Source of the DNA: Octopus sinensis
Taxonomy: Eukaryota
Assembly: GCF_006345805.1 (NCBI RefSeq)
Contig: NC_043004.1
Span: 80,414,001-80,478,000 of the forward strand
Reading direction: 5' to 3'
DNA: 64,000 nucleotides
Of this stretch, positions 13,041-25,323 are shown one piece after another (position 1 is the first letter of the stretch; every line of letters starts with the position of its first letter). A program made the position numbers and the translations under genes. The notes beneath the pieces are model-generated. The model searched no databases. It was not told the origin of the DNA and saw nothing but the letters and a program-made list of their open reading frames with translations.

Positions 13041-13310
13041 GCATTCTCTGTCATTTCTCAGTTTCTCGTCTTTCATAACTAATTCGAAAAAAATATATCT
13101 ACTTTTTGAAAAATATTTACTTATACTTAAAGTACAAGGCCGCTTCCTTCCCCCACTTTGCATACGTGTGTGTGTGTGTACATGTATGTATATGTATATA
13201 CACAAATACTAAGAGAGTTTAGAATTGTATATTTTGATATCTGTCATTGTTGAATTATATACAAAAAAATTTTCGTTTATTATCATTATTATTATTATTA
13301 TTATTATTGT

Positions 13311-13347
<37 letters not shown>

Positions 13348-14349
13348 GCTGCTGTTGCTGCTGCTACTACTACTACTACTTTTCTCTGCTTCAAAAAAAC
13401 ATCTGTTTTTATAAATATACGGAATAATATGCTTGACCACAAATTATATAGTTAATTAATCTTAAAACATTAATTAGTTTTAAACATTCAAAGAAATTCT
13501 TATTCCTACTTCCATATGTTTATATCTTTTTTCTCTTTTTCTTTTCTTTTTTTTTTTCATCTTTGACATTCGTGCTTGTTAACGCAACACTGTTGATATA
13601 AAATTGTGTTGAAACAGTTCTACTTTGACAGGCTTCATCTACCATTGTAAAAACAGTCATAGGTCGTAGTTCGTTTTTATTGTTAATTAATTAATCAAAT
13701 AGCTAATTATTGATTGGTTTGTCAAAGTCTATAGACACACTGTGACCTTTTCAACACCCTCAATGAAAATGAAGTGAACTATAGCCTACGTGGGTGTTTT
13801 TATTGACAGGGTGACCCTCCCCAAAAGTTCAGTTGTATATGTTTATAGTAATATTTTCATTGTAATATATCAAAACTAAGCATTGCTCGATTGACATAAA
13901 ACTGGACTTAGCTACGATCCTCGGCGTTAAAAGTTCGAGTCCTGTTGACGATTACCTTGTCTTTAATCCTTCCGAAGTCGATAATGTATGAGCTAGGTAA
14001 ACACAATCGCTGATTGTAGCTCTTTCCTTTATTATTAATCAAATAGTTGATTAATAAAATAATTGTTTATGAACTAGAAGTGAACTGCAGTCTGCGTATG
14101 TGTTCTTTTGGGCTAACTAATCCTCCCAAAAGTTCAACAATATCTGTTTACATTTTTATGCGATAAGTATACTAAGCAATCCATTGCAACTCTTCCTTAT
14201 CATCAGCCTGTATCCAAGAGTCACAAACGTTTCGCCCCTTAACCTCTACTTTTCGCATGCATTGGGCAACGAGGATTCGATCTGTAATATCTCATCAACC
14301 ACACAACCAGTTTGAACCGGTTTCCCCTGGCGTCTTTTATCCTTATATC

Positions 14350-14731
14350 TTTCATTTGTTTCAGTCGTTAGATTGCGGCCGTGCTGGGGCACTGCCTTAA
14401 AGAATTTTTAGTTTAATGAATCGAACTCATTACTTATTTTTAAAGCCTGGTAGTTATTCTATCGATCTCTTTTGCCAAATTGCTAAGATACAGGGACGTA
14501 AACACGCCAACACCGGTTGTCAAGAAGTGGTGGAGAACAGACTCAAAGACACACACATATATATAATCGACGGGCTTCTTTCAGTTTCCGTCTATCAAAA
14601 TCCACTCACAAAGATTTTGGTCGGCCTGGGGCTATAGAAGAAGACACCTGCCTGAGGTGCAACGCAGTGGGACTGAAACCGGAACCATGTGTCTAGGAAG
14701 CATGCTTCTTATCATAGAGCCACCCCCGTGC
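14350..14731 (-). mobile_element. SINE family B, near full length
   Basis: Both halves present on the minus strand. Confidence 0.85.
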
Positions 14732-14900
14732 CATGGCTGTCTCTTCGGTGGATTTCTTCAGTTGTTTCAGTTCCAGACCAATGTTCTGCAGGAAATATCG
14801 CACTAAATTTGCTGCAAAACCGTGGCATCCGACTTCGGTAAGAATTAAGCAGCGTTCCATTCTTTGACACAAGAATCTCATCAACCAAAACCTTGGTGTT
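14732..14900 (-). mobile_element. fragment of a restriction-endonuclease-type non-LTR retrotransposon (HERO/NeSL-like C-terminus)
   Basis: Minus-strand translation TEVGCHGFAANLVRYFLQNIGLELKQLKKSTEETA resembles the EVGCRGF...L..LG motif of RLE domains. Confidence 0.55.
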
Positions 14901-14981
14901 TGGCTTCTCTTTCCATTGGGGAGAAATGCCAAATCTGTTCAATCCAACACGATTGGCACAAAGCAGTATTTACGTTCCTTT

Positions 14982-15100
14982 AAGGCGGCAAACTGGCAGA
15001 AACGTTAGCACGCCGGGCGAAATGCTTAGCGGGGTTTCATCTGTCTTAACGTTCTGAGTTCAAATTCCGCCGAGGTCGACTTTGCCTTTCATCCTTTCCC
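14982..15100 (+). mobile_element. SINE family A, 3'-truncated
   Basis: AAGGCGGCAAACTGGCAGAAACGTTAGCACGCCGGGCG...GCCTTTCATCCTTT. Confidence 0.85.
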
Positions 15101-15479
15101 AGTTGTTGGAAACCCTTCCGTACAATAAGGAAACTGAAATGTTCAGAATGAGGCAAACCAGACGTCTGCCTTGTTGTTGTTGTTGTAGTAGTATAGTCCT
15201 AGGTTTAACATATAACCACAGGTGTTCCAACTAGTGTCATCCTTTCTCGTGCCTTTGAAGCTCCGGGTAATCCCGGATCTGTAGAGTTCCTTGACTGGGC
15301 CCAGCTGGAGCTTCTCATGTATCAGGTGGACTGCATCATTTATGCTATCACATGCTTTGTATACTCTTATCACATTTTGCCGTGTTTTCCCTTTCTTTCT
15401 CAGCTTTAATATACATCCCCACGTACATTGTTGACTGTCCTGGTGATGTGCCCCTTATTCATGCCCCTGTGGCTAATAA

Positions 15480-15890
15480 TAATTTCAAATTTTGGCACTC
15501 AGCCAGCAATTTCAGGGGTGGTGTTTAAATCGGTTACATCGACCCTCCCCGCTGTTTTCAACTGTTACCTATTGCCTTGACCCCGAAAGGATGAAAGGCA
15601 AAATCAACTTCGGTGGAATTTGAACTCAGAATGTAAAGACGGACGAAATGCTGCTAAGCATTTCACCCAGCATGCTAACGATTCTGCCAGCTCGACGCTA
15701 GTTTTTCCGTAAGGGCAGCCATTTTACGGGAGGGGATGTGCCGGTTACATCGACTCCGGTGTTCAACTGGCACTTAATTTATCGACCCCGAAAGGGTGAA
15801 AGGCAATTTGAACTCAGAACGTAAAGACAGACGAAATGCCGCTGTGCACTTCGCCCAGCGTGCTAACGATTCTGCCAGCTCGCCGCCCCA
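15480..15890 (-). mobile_element. two SINE family A copies in tandem
   Basis: Two reverse-complement copies ending GATTCTGCCAGCTCG at about 15695 and 15883. Confidence 0.85.
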
Positions 15891-16665
15891 AAAACACAGT
15901 TCATCTACGAGTATATTATCTAATGAGTAATTTATAAGAAATAGAGAGTTGGCTGCTGTTTTCAGCATGTCGATCGACTGTGTGTGCTCTATTGAAATGA
16001 AGTGCCTTGATGAAGAACACAACATCCCGCTCGGTTCAGAAATTTGAACCTAGGAATTTGAACTCAGAACGTAAAGACAGGATTGAAATTGACGCATGGC
16101 TCTCGCCTTGAAATTGACGCAACGAATTAGAAACAAATAAAGATGTTTATAAAACGTGGTGTTTCCACAATTTCTGCTTGGAAATTATAATTATATTTGT
16201 TATTGAACTTCGATTTCCTCCTCCACCACCACCACCTTCTCTGGCACTGTCCGTACTATTTCAAACCTTTCTTTCTCTCTGCTGTTTATAAAAGAAAATT
16301 AAAAGCTTGCTTAAATTCAATTCCATAACTATAATGGCAGTGGAAGACAACTAAACCTTTAATCACTAGGTTTATTATTCTCATTAACTATGGTTAATTA
16401 AAGACGTATAATGTGTTGTTTCATATTAGTAGTTAATTCATCCGGATTTCGGGTGTCCAGTAACTCTTTAGTCGCAGTCACACTCCTTCAATAATAACTG
16501 TAGCGACAGTGTCTCCACCTACCCGCATCTTCCGAATCTAAAAGCTTGCTCATTTCCAGTCAGCGAAAAAAGTGTCGTATTTCTTGTAAAATGAATCACT
16601 TTCTTGCACTTTAGCATGAAGAGATATTCCACTTAGGAGACACTCCTTTGGTTACACGCAAACAC

Positions 16666-16718
<53 letters not shown>

Positions 16719-17014
16719 TGCACATTCATACATATTTGTATACGCTGGCATGCAGTCACGCAGCTTGTATAAAGCAAGGGCCAGCGAAGGATACCTCTCC
16801 CTTTCTGCTAAAAATATTAGCCAAGTTTACTTCAAATCTTAAGCAACATTATGAAAAAGGATAGGAAAGATCTATTGCACCAGTGGAGTCCAAGATACAT
16901 TAGACTAATGCAGTCCTAGATATATTCATTATGTCTCGGGAAGACAAACATATGAACCACACCAGGAATACGTTCGATCACAAATCTGGATTGTCTTCAA
17001 ATGTGTCTTCTTAA

Positions 17015-17160
17015 AAAACGGCGAACTGGCACAATCGTTTAGCACGCCAGGCAAAATGCTTAGCCACATTTCGTCCGTCTTTACGTTCTGAGTTCAAATT
17101 CTGCTGGAGTCGACTTTGCTTTTCGTCTTTCCGGGGTTGATAAAAATAAGTATCAGTCGA
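17015..17160 (+). mobile_element. SINE family A
   Basis: GGCGAACTGGCACAATCGTTTAGCACGCC...GTTCTGAGTTCAAATTC. Confidence 0.8.
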
Positions 17161-17163
17161 GTA

Positions 17164-17490
17164 CAGTGGTATTTCGCAGTACGAGTTTAATTCGTTCCAT
17201 GACCGAACTCCTCGATTTACAAATCAATTTTCCCCCCTTGAAATTAATTAAAATATGATTAATCCGTTCGAGCCCCTCAAAATCTCTCAAAAATAATTTT
17301 TTTAAAGGGTTTTAAAACAGGAAAGATGTAGATACAAGTAAAATGACATTTATAAAAAAGAGAATGCAAAAAAAAATATGTAAACTGGTTTTATTAACTG
17401 AATTACCTTAAAGATGGGACGATTTGTGTGCTCATACTTCAAGACAAAAATTCGCACAAGTCTCGGCTTGTACAGCAAATTACTCGTACA
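17164..17490 (+). mobile_element. Tc1/mariner (Tigger-like) MITE remnant
   Basis: TA followed by CAGTGGTATTTCG...TACGAGTTTAATTCGTTCC, a Tigger-type terminus; right end eroded near 17445-17490. Confidence 0.45.
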
Positions 17491-17642
17491 ATGGGGCACC
17501 CGCGCTGCAAGGTTCTACGACTGGGGTCGATGTAATCGATTTACCCTCTTCTCCGAAATAGCTGGCCTTGTACCAAAACTTGAAATCAATATTATGTTTG
17601 CTTAGTTACGACTGGCCTACTCTCGACACCTTCCCTCTAAGC

Positions 17643-18045
17643 CAGTGGGTTCTCAACCACGACCCTTGTGACCCTTAGGGGTTCCTATGATTTTGTTGTT
17701 GAAATTTATGTGCAACAATTTGGTTATACTTTAACGAAATGTTGTTAACAATTGTCTTTATACAATTCATAATAATCCTTATCCTTTCTGCTGGAGGCAG
17801 AAGGTCCCAAATTTTGGCGAGAGGGGTCTAAGCTGATTACATTGACCCCCCCCCCCAACTGTTCAACTGGTACTTATTTCATCGACCCCGAAAGGATGAA
17901 AGGCACACAATTTCTAATAATATTTAATTATATGAATATAACAGGATTTCTTAAATATCGAATGGTTATGGGGGTCGAACGTGTAGAATAGTAATGAAGG
18001 GGTCCGTAGGCTAAAAAAGAAAAAAAAAATGGTTGCGAACCACTG
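17643..18045. mobile_element. hAT-type MITE with a nested SINE A fragment (about 17790-17905, minus strand)
   Basis: Termini CAGTGGGTTCTCAACC and GGTTGCGAACCACTG are imperfect inverted repeats; TSD eroded. Confidence 0.6.
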
Positions 18046-18193
18046 CTCAATATCATAATGGATGCTATCACCAAAATTTTCCACTACTTCATCTACCTCC
18101 ACCACCGTCACCACAACTACTAGCTTTACTATGATGTCATCACCACTAAATCTACTAACACCAACACCGCCACCACCTGCGCTGCTACTGCTG

Positions 18194-18246
<53 letters not shown>

Positions 18247-20034
18247 GTTGCTGCTGCTGCTGCTATTTCTTCTGTGTCACTGTGATTCCATCATCATTTC
18301 ACCATTAATGTTCTGCCGTTGCCGCATCACCTCCATCACTGGTGCTGCCAGCATCCCCACCACCGCCACCGCCATCATCTTATTTCCTTCGATATCTGTT
18401 CTACTATATTGTCATCGCCGTCATCATCACCACCATCATCATCATCACCACCACCTCCACGTCCCCCCCGTCCCCGACCATTAACCCGTATCGTTTTGGT
18501 ATCAATAAATTTAAAAGCATTTGTAGAAGAAAAAAAGTGGGGGGGGACAGAAGAGAAAAAGGAAGAGGGGGAAAAAGCTCGAGGTTCACCTTGAACGGCA
18601 ACTGAGGTGGGAAGGAGAGGGTAGCGGTGGGGGAGAGAGAAGGAACTATCAGATTTCACTGAAGAATCTAATCCTGTTATTTTAAGAATGGAAAAATCTT
18701 TTAGCAAGATTCCCTTATTGCTCTCTCTCTCCTCTCTCTCTGTTTCTCTTCACCTTTTCCCTCTCACTATCTCTGTTTCTACATTTCATTTTCTCTTTCT
18801 CCTTTTTCTCTCCCGTCTCTCTCCTTTTTTGCATTTCTCTCCCTTCCCTTTTTTTTCCCTGTCACTCTCACCTCTTCCCTTTTCATTCCCACGCCTCCCC
18901 TTTTTCATTCTTTTCTTTCCCTGCTATCCTCTTCTTCACCCCCTCCTCTCTCTCTCCCAATCATTCTCCGCCCCGTCACTTTCTCTATCTTTATCTCACT
19001 TTCAGAGAAAGATAAATAGTTAGAGAAGCGAATTTGGTCGTTAAAATCATCTGCTGATGTTTCGGTCTAATTTGACCTCTTTAACGAAACATTTTGCTTA
19101 GTTGGCAGCACAAACAGTAACGTGTATCTATACATATATGCATGTGTGTGTGTGTACTGATTTTTTTATAAAGCTAAGCTTTCCACTAGACTAGAGTCAT
19201 CTCCCTTGGTATCTGGTACTGAGGACAGTTAAGACGTAAGAAATGCTGTTACCAGTCTATAGAGGGCTTTCAGAGCTGGCTATGGTGTTCTTATTTATAT
19301 CTTTCTGTCCACAGAGGTTCGAAACTGCAAGTTGCATGGAACCGAATCAATTTGTTATTAAATAATATTTGTAACTGCTACTAAATGTGTTGAGTGTCGC
19401 TACCTTTCGTTTGTTCGCTCACCCGTGTGTGTGTGTGTGTGTGTGTGTGTTGAGAAAATTCAGACAATGCACAGCATCTCGGTTTTTCCGTCCGTCTTTA
19501 CAATATGTCTGCCATAGATTTGTTCCATTGCCGACGTTCGTTGCATTTTCTTGGCGGGACGCGTCGCACACCAGCTTTCTCTCCTTTGTCTTAGTCCACG
19601 TAACAATGAATGAATGGATAAATAAATGGGTAAAACCAATCTTTCCACGCCTCACCCGCCTCTACTCGGAAATTTACTAACAACATATTAACCAATGGTG
19701 ATAATGGTAGCGAGAGTGGTGAAGTGGATTTATTTCTCATCCGCTTAACGGAAACTGGAAATTAGAATTACGCACGCCTTTTGTGATTTCATGAGAGGAT
19801 TACCGACATTGAATTCTGCATATGATTGTATCACTATTGTTCTCTCTTATAATATATCAACGAATCAAAGACAGAGCCTGTATGTAGTCGCTTTATCTCC
19901 TAGAAACACCAGCCAAATCAAGCTCACTGAATTACGCAATCAAGGTATGAATGACGTGTAAAGCAGCTGACGCTTATCATAGAAGAGGCATCGGTGCGTC
20001 TGCAAAGTAGAAAGATAAATTGGTAGCTTTTCAG

Positions 20035-20150
20035 GGCTTCTTTCAGCCTAGCGATCCAACCATAACGCTTTGGTCGGCTCAGGGTATAGTGGAAGACCTC
20101 TAACCAAGGTGCCACGTTGTGGGGCTGAACCCCAAACCATGTGGTTCGTT
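20035..20150 (-). mobile_element. SINE family B, 5' half, diverged
   Basis: CTTTGGTCGGCTCAGGGTATAGTGGAAGAC...GGCTGAACCCCAAACCATGTGG. Confidence 0.7.
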
Positions 20151-20760
20151 AGAGAGCCGGGAAAATGCTTTATCGGCTGTTTATGTTACGAGTTCAAATC
20201 CTCTTGAGCTCATCTCCACCTTCCTTTCATCCGGTCAAGGTCGATAAAACCGAAAACCAGTCCAGTACTGGTTTCGACTAACCCTCTCCTTTCAAAATTC
20301 CCGCCTTACTCTCTAAATGTTCGTTACCACCCTTGTTATTGTCATAGCGGCAAGCTAGCAAAATCGTTAGCGCGTCAGTCAAAATGCTTAGCGGCTTTCT
20401 TCCGGTTCATTACGTTCCGAGTTCGTATCCCTTCGAGATCGACTTTGCCTTTCATCCTATCGGGATCAATAAAATAAGTACCAGTCGAACACTGGGATCG
20501 ATATAATCGACTTAACCTTTGTGCCAGAATTTGAAATCATCATCATTATCATTATTATTATTAGGGAGGCGTGCTGGCTGAATTGTTAGCACGCCGGGCA
20601 AAATGCTTTACGGCATTTCGCCTGTCATTGTGTTCTGAGTTCAAATTCCACCGAAGTTGGCACTTGCACGTCATCCCTTCAGTGTAGATAGAAATGAATA
20701 CCAGTCAAGTGCTGGGGGCGCGATGTAACGGTCTGGCCTTGTTCCAACGTTTGACGCCAT
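20150..20760 (+). mobile_element. three diverged SINE family A copies in tandem
   Basis: Repeated AAATGCTT...GAGTTC...CCAGTC...TCGA motifs at about 20150, 20345 and 20563. Confidence 0.75.
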
Positions 20761-20764
20761 TATC

Positions 20765-20815
<51 letters not shown>

Positions 20816-21634
20816 GCTTGCTAATTAAATCGCTTCTCTCTTCAATTGTTCGCCGCCCACCGATAACAGCAACCTACTTAGAACTATTTACACAGCCGTG
20901 TTATGTGGTAGACGATTAAAGAGAAAGAATAGAGCTGTCTGTGGTGAGATGGATATGTGGCGAGGGCAGAAGGAAGAAGAAGAAGAGAGAAAGAGAAGAT
21001 GGTGGAAAGTAAAGGGGATGATAAAAAAAAAAAACTACGTGTTTAGCATGAAATATTAATTAGTAATTGTAAAGTAGTAATTAGTTACCGGTTAATGAGT
21101 CGTAATTGGTTCGTTACTGCATTGAGTTGCGTTTTAAAACGATTTTACCGCAGACAAAAAGCGAAAAACCGGCTGCATTTGTTGTGTGATTAATGTTTAC
21201 GTTAAACTTTAATCTTTTAAACTATTGACACTAGTGATGATAGGATAACGCTGACGAATGAATGATTGAAGGAACGGGGCAGGGAGCGGAGTGTGGGGAG
21301 AGGACGAGCGGCCCGGCGGCTCTACGCACGTGGTGGTTCGATGTAATAAAAAAAATAGCAGCGAAATCTCCCTCTTAATTATCAACTAAAGAAAATAGAA
21401 AGAAAATGTACGGCTAAAACGATGGGATGGTCATAATTGGAATATCTTGTAGCAGAGAGTTTTTCGATTAGAATTGACCTGGGCCTCAGTAAACTGGCTG
21501 TGTTTGTTGTTCGATTAATGATCGAACTAACGCGAGTATGGGTTCTACGTACGTGATCGCTCGATGTACTAAAAATTGCAGTCAAATTTTCATTTTAAGA
21601 AAAATAAAAAAATAATATAAATGATACATTAGAA

Positions 21635-21835
21635 CAGTGCTTTTCAAACGTTTTGCTGGAGCGGAACCCCAAGGAAACATTCCACTGGCTCGAGGAACCC
21701 CTGTGCAATAATTTAATAGTCTTATACACACATATCTGCTCAGGAGAATTAAAAATTACTGCCGATTTTAGCAGTTTTGTAACTTCTCGCGGAACCCCTG
21801 GACTGTACTGGCGGAACCCTGGTTGAAAACCACTG
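21635..21835. mobile_element. hAT (Charlie-like) MITE, 201 bp, with intact ends
   Basis: TIRs CAGTGCTTTTCAAAC / GGTTGAAAACCACTG (13 of 15 match) and a perfect 8-bp TSD CATTAGAA at 21627-21634 and 21836-21843. Confidence 0.9.
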
Positions 21836-22827
21836 CATTAGAAGATAATAGACCCTATGTAGATGAAAACCTTACAGCAAAAAGACATGATGGTCACCAT
21901 TTGATTGTCTTCGATCATAGCATTTTTCAGTTCGGATTGACCTGCGTTTCAATAAACTGCTTGTATTTCTTGTATGATTAATGTTTACGTTAAACTTTAA
22001 TCTTTAATCATTAATGTCTAACACTAGTTGTGATTTCCATAACGCCGACAAATGAACGTGCTCGAAAGAGGGCGGATCTAAGTATGTGGTCGCTATATTT
22101 ACTGAAAATAGCAGTCAAATCTCCCTCAGACGATCATTTTAAGGCAATACAAGGAAGATGATAATTCATGAGGTGCACACAGAAGAGTTAGAATTCTTGC
22201 AACGACGTATCTACTCATTCTTAATACGTTCTGGCGGATTTGAACGTGAATATGCTGATCGCTGTTGTTCTTCGTCTTCAGAAGTCGATTCGTTGTGAAA
22301 AAGAATTTTGAGACTTTAGTAGCGCTTAATCAACAGTGTAATTAGAATTCTCGCTAGACCATTATCTAACTTCGTAGAGAAACAATACCGTAGAACAGGA
22401 AAACTTCTGAGAGATTTTCATGATCCTCCTTCGTTAATGTGAGCCAATTTCTACCAAGATTTATAAACAATGACAGAGTACGTGTCTCATAAGAAACATA
22501 CCTCTTGATCTTCAGGATTTTCTGCAATACAATTCCAGAAGTTGTAATTATAGGCATTGTTTGGCAGCAGAAAGAGAGCAGTATAAAGACCGACCTTTAT
22601 ACGTAATCTCTGTCCTTCAGTAGGGCTCGTGTTGAAGAGGGACGCTAGTGTCATTAATAGTCGAATAAAATGCCTTTTCTCCGTCTCCCTATCTTTCGCA
22701 TAATTGTGTGTGCATGTGCGTGCGTGTGTGTGTTTTACGTTTTTACCTTTTGTAGGTAGCTACACCTCTGTGAGTGTGTGTATGAATATATACATATACA
22801 TACATACATAGATACATGTGCATTTTA

Positions 22828-22859
<32 letters not shown>

Positions 22860-23078
22860 TGTTTTATGTCAAAAGATTATGATTAGGATTAAGGTTATGT
22901 GTGGTAAACCTTATGTTATAGTTAAGCTAGTAATAATAAAATATGTTCGGATTATCAAGTCTGTTTTTCCTCCTTCCTTCAAGCATATATTAAACACTTT
23001 TCATACAGAGGGCGATTGTAGGATGGGGTGAAGGGGAAGGCAAAGTAGCAATAATTACAAAATGTTAGCTTGATGGAT

Positions 23079-23132
<54 letters not shown>

Positions 23133-23648
23133 GTGTGTATATATAATGTTTGTGTGTGTGTATGTATATATATATATGTAAAGCTAACAGAAATTCTGTC
23201 AGCAGATGGGGGATTAGTGCCAAAGAACACAAGAGAAAATCGTAATAAACGACGAAGAAGATGGCGTAAGATTAAAACCAGATAACTAATCTTAAAAGGG
23301 TTAAAACGGCATTAACATCTAAAATAAATTTAATTCTAATTGGCAGGTGAGTTGACCTGGAAAACCAACTAACACATACACAGATTTGTGTTGTTAAATC
23401 CCTTTCATCTTTGAGAAACTAATAGACAATATGGAGTTGTTTCAGTGCAATGGCGCTACTAATATTATGAACGATTTTAAAATCTCAATGATAAACATGC
23501 AAAGCAACAAGCAAGTTGCATAGGTTGCCCTCTTTCTCGAAAGATCTTTGATGTTGTGTGCATTCAAACTGCTCATGTGGTTACTGTACTCTGCGAATGT
23601 GTCTTGTTAATATATGTGTATTTACGTCTGTCTGTCTGTCTGTCTGTC

Positions 23649-23680
<32 letters not shown>

Positions 23681-23684
23681 CACC

Positions 23685-24058
23685 TATGGAGTGGCTGTGT
23701 GGTAAGTAGGTTGCTTACCAGCCACATGGTTCTGTGTTCAGTCGCACTGCGTGGCACTTTGGGCAAGTGTCTTTTACTATAACTTCGGGCCGACCAAAGC
23801 CTTGTGAGTGGATTCGGTAGACGGAAACTGAAAGAATCCCGTCATATATATATATATATGCATGCATATATATGTGTTCCCCCCCCCACCATCGCTTGAT
23901 AACCGATGTTGGTATGTTCACGTCCCCGTAACTTAGCGGTTAGCAAAAGATATCGATAGCATTAGGCTTACAAAGAATAAGTCCTGGGGTCGATTTGTTC
24001 GACTAAAGGTAGTGCTTCAGCATGGCCGCAGTCAAATGACTGAAACAAATAAAAGAAT
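23685..24058 (+). mobile_element. SINE family B, full length
   Basis: GGAGTGGCTGTGTGGTAAGTAGGTTGCTTACC through CAGTCAAATGACTGAAACAAATAAAAGAA. Confidence 0.9.
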
Positions 24059-24909
24059 ATATAAATATATATATAGTAAGGAAAATTTTTTTTAAAAATG
24101 CAAAATTTTTCCTTACTTATCATTTCTCCACGTGCGGTCAATACAACCCCACCATTTATTGATCTATATATATATATATGAGAATTATATAAGAACTATT
24201 GATTGTGTCTTCGAAGTTTTGGCCATTTAAGCCGTCGTCGGACTGTGCTACATTGAAATCAATCGTTGAGGTAAAATATTCCTTGGGTGTGTGGCTTTGA
24301 GTGGAGTGGTAATTACATTTTAGGCTGGATTGTTATGGAGGGGTGTTTTGATTTGTGTGTCTGGGATTGCAACGTGTTCCACTGTGCTTTTGGCATACTT
24401 TCTACGGCCGGGTACCCTTCCTATGTTACAGTATGTACTGGGTACTTGATTTTCCTATGGCATCAGCACTAGTGATATTGCTATGCCATGCTTCTTGCTA
24501 GACTCCGTACACCAAGAGACACGCCATTATACAAGAGGTTAAGGGGTTAAAGTATGAGAGAAGGGACCAGAGCAGAACAGGTTTCTTGCTGTAGAAAGGC
24601 CATATGGCTACTGTTATTTTAGAAGCAAGGGCTGGATCGGTGATGAGGCATCATGGGATGGTCATGGCCGGACTACCTTTGATCATACTTATTCATCAAT
24701 ATCTACGGTTAGAAAAATCAATGAACGAGTTTCAGACTGTGTGGATGTATCGCCTTTATTAATCAATAAATTAGAAAAATTGAGTCAAACCATCAAAGAG
24801 AGCTTGTGTATGATCACATGATCTGCTAGAAATAACTACTTAATCTCACTCATTATCACTTTGCCATTGATAAAAAATAATAAAAATAATAAAAAAAAGA
24901 GAAAAGAAT

Positions 24910-25060
24910 AGGTGCAGCACGGTTGTGTGGTAACAGGTCTGTTTCTCAACCACATGGTTTCGGGTTCATTCCCATTGCGTGGCACCTTGTCTTCTACTAT
25001 ACCCAAGCCAACAAAAGCCTTGTAGTTGGATTGCTAGACTGAAGGAACCCGCCGTAAACA
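24910..25060 (+). mobile_element. SINE family B, 5' half, diverged
   Basis: CAACCACATGGTTTCGGGTTCATTCCCATTGCGTGGCACCTTG. Confidence 0.7.
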
Positions 25061-25182
25061 TATACTAGTATATGTGTGTGTTGGTCCACCTGTGTTGGTT
25101 TGCTTACGTTCGACAAGAGACCAATAAAATAAGTGCCAAATTATAAAAAATAAATACTAGGATTGATTTCGTCAGCCAAACC

Positions 25183-25323
25183 AACCATGAGCAAACTGCG
25201 GCCCACGGGACTTTCTGAATAGCACGTCTACCGAAAAGTTTGAATTTATTAGCAATGCAGCTCGCCTGATGATGGACGCTGTCTCATGCGGCCCGCTTCT
25301 CGAAAAGGGATTGTCCATGTCTG
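25183..25323. mobile_element. degenerate hAT-type MITE
   Basis: CATGAGCAAACTGCGGCCC...ATGCGGCCCGC...GGATTGTCCATGTCTG; eroded TIRs and the GCGGCCC subterminal motif typical of hAT MITEs. Confidence 0.45.

Noticed and set aside
14195-14245. GAAAC...CTGATGA on the minus strand as a type II hammerhead
   Set aside because: Cleavage triplet would be GUG and stems I and II do not pair
22582-22625. TATAAA plus TCAGT as a core promoter
   Set aside because: TATA-to-initiator spacing is about 37 nt rather than about 30, and there is no downstream exon evidence
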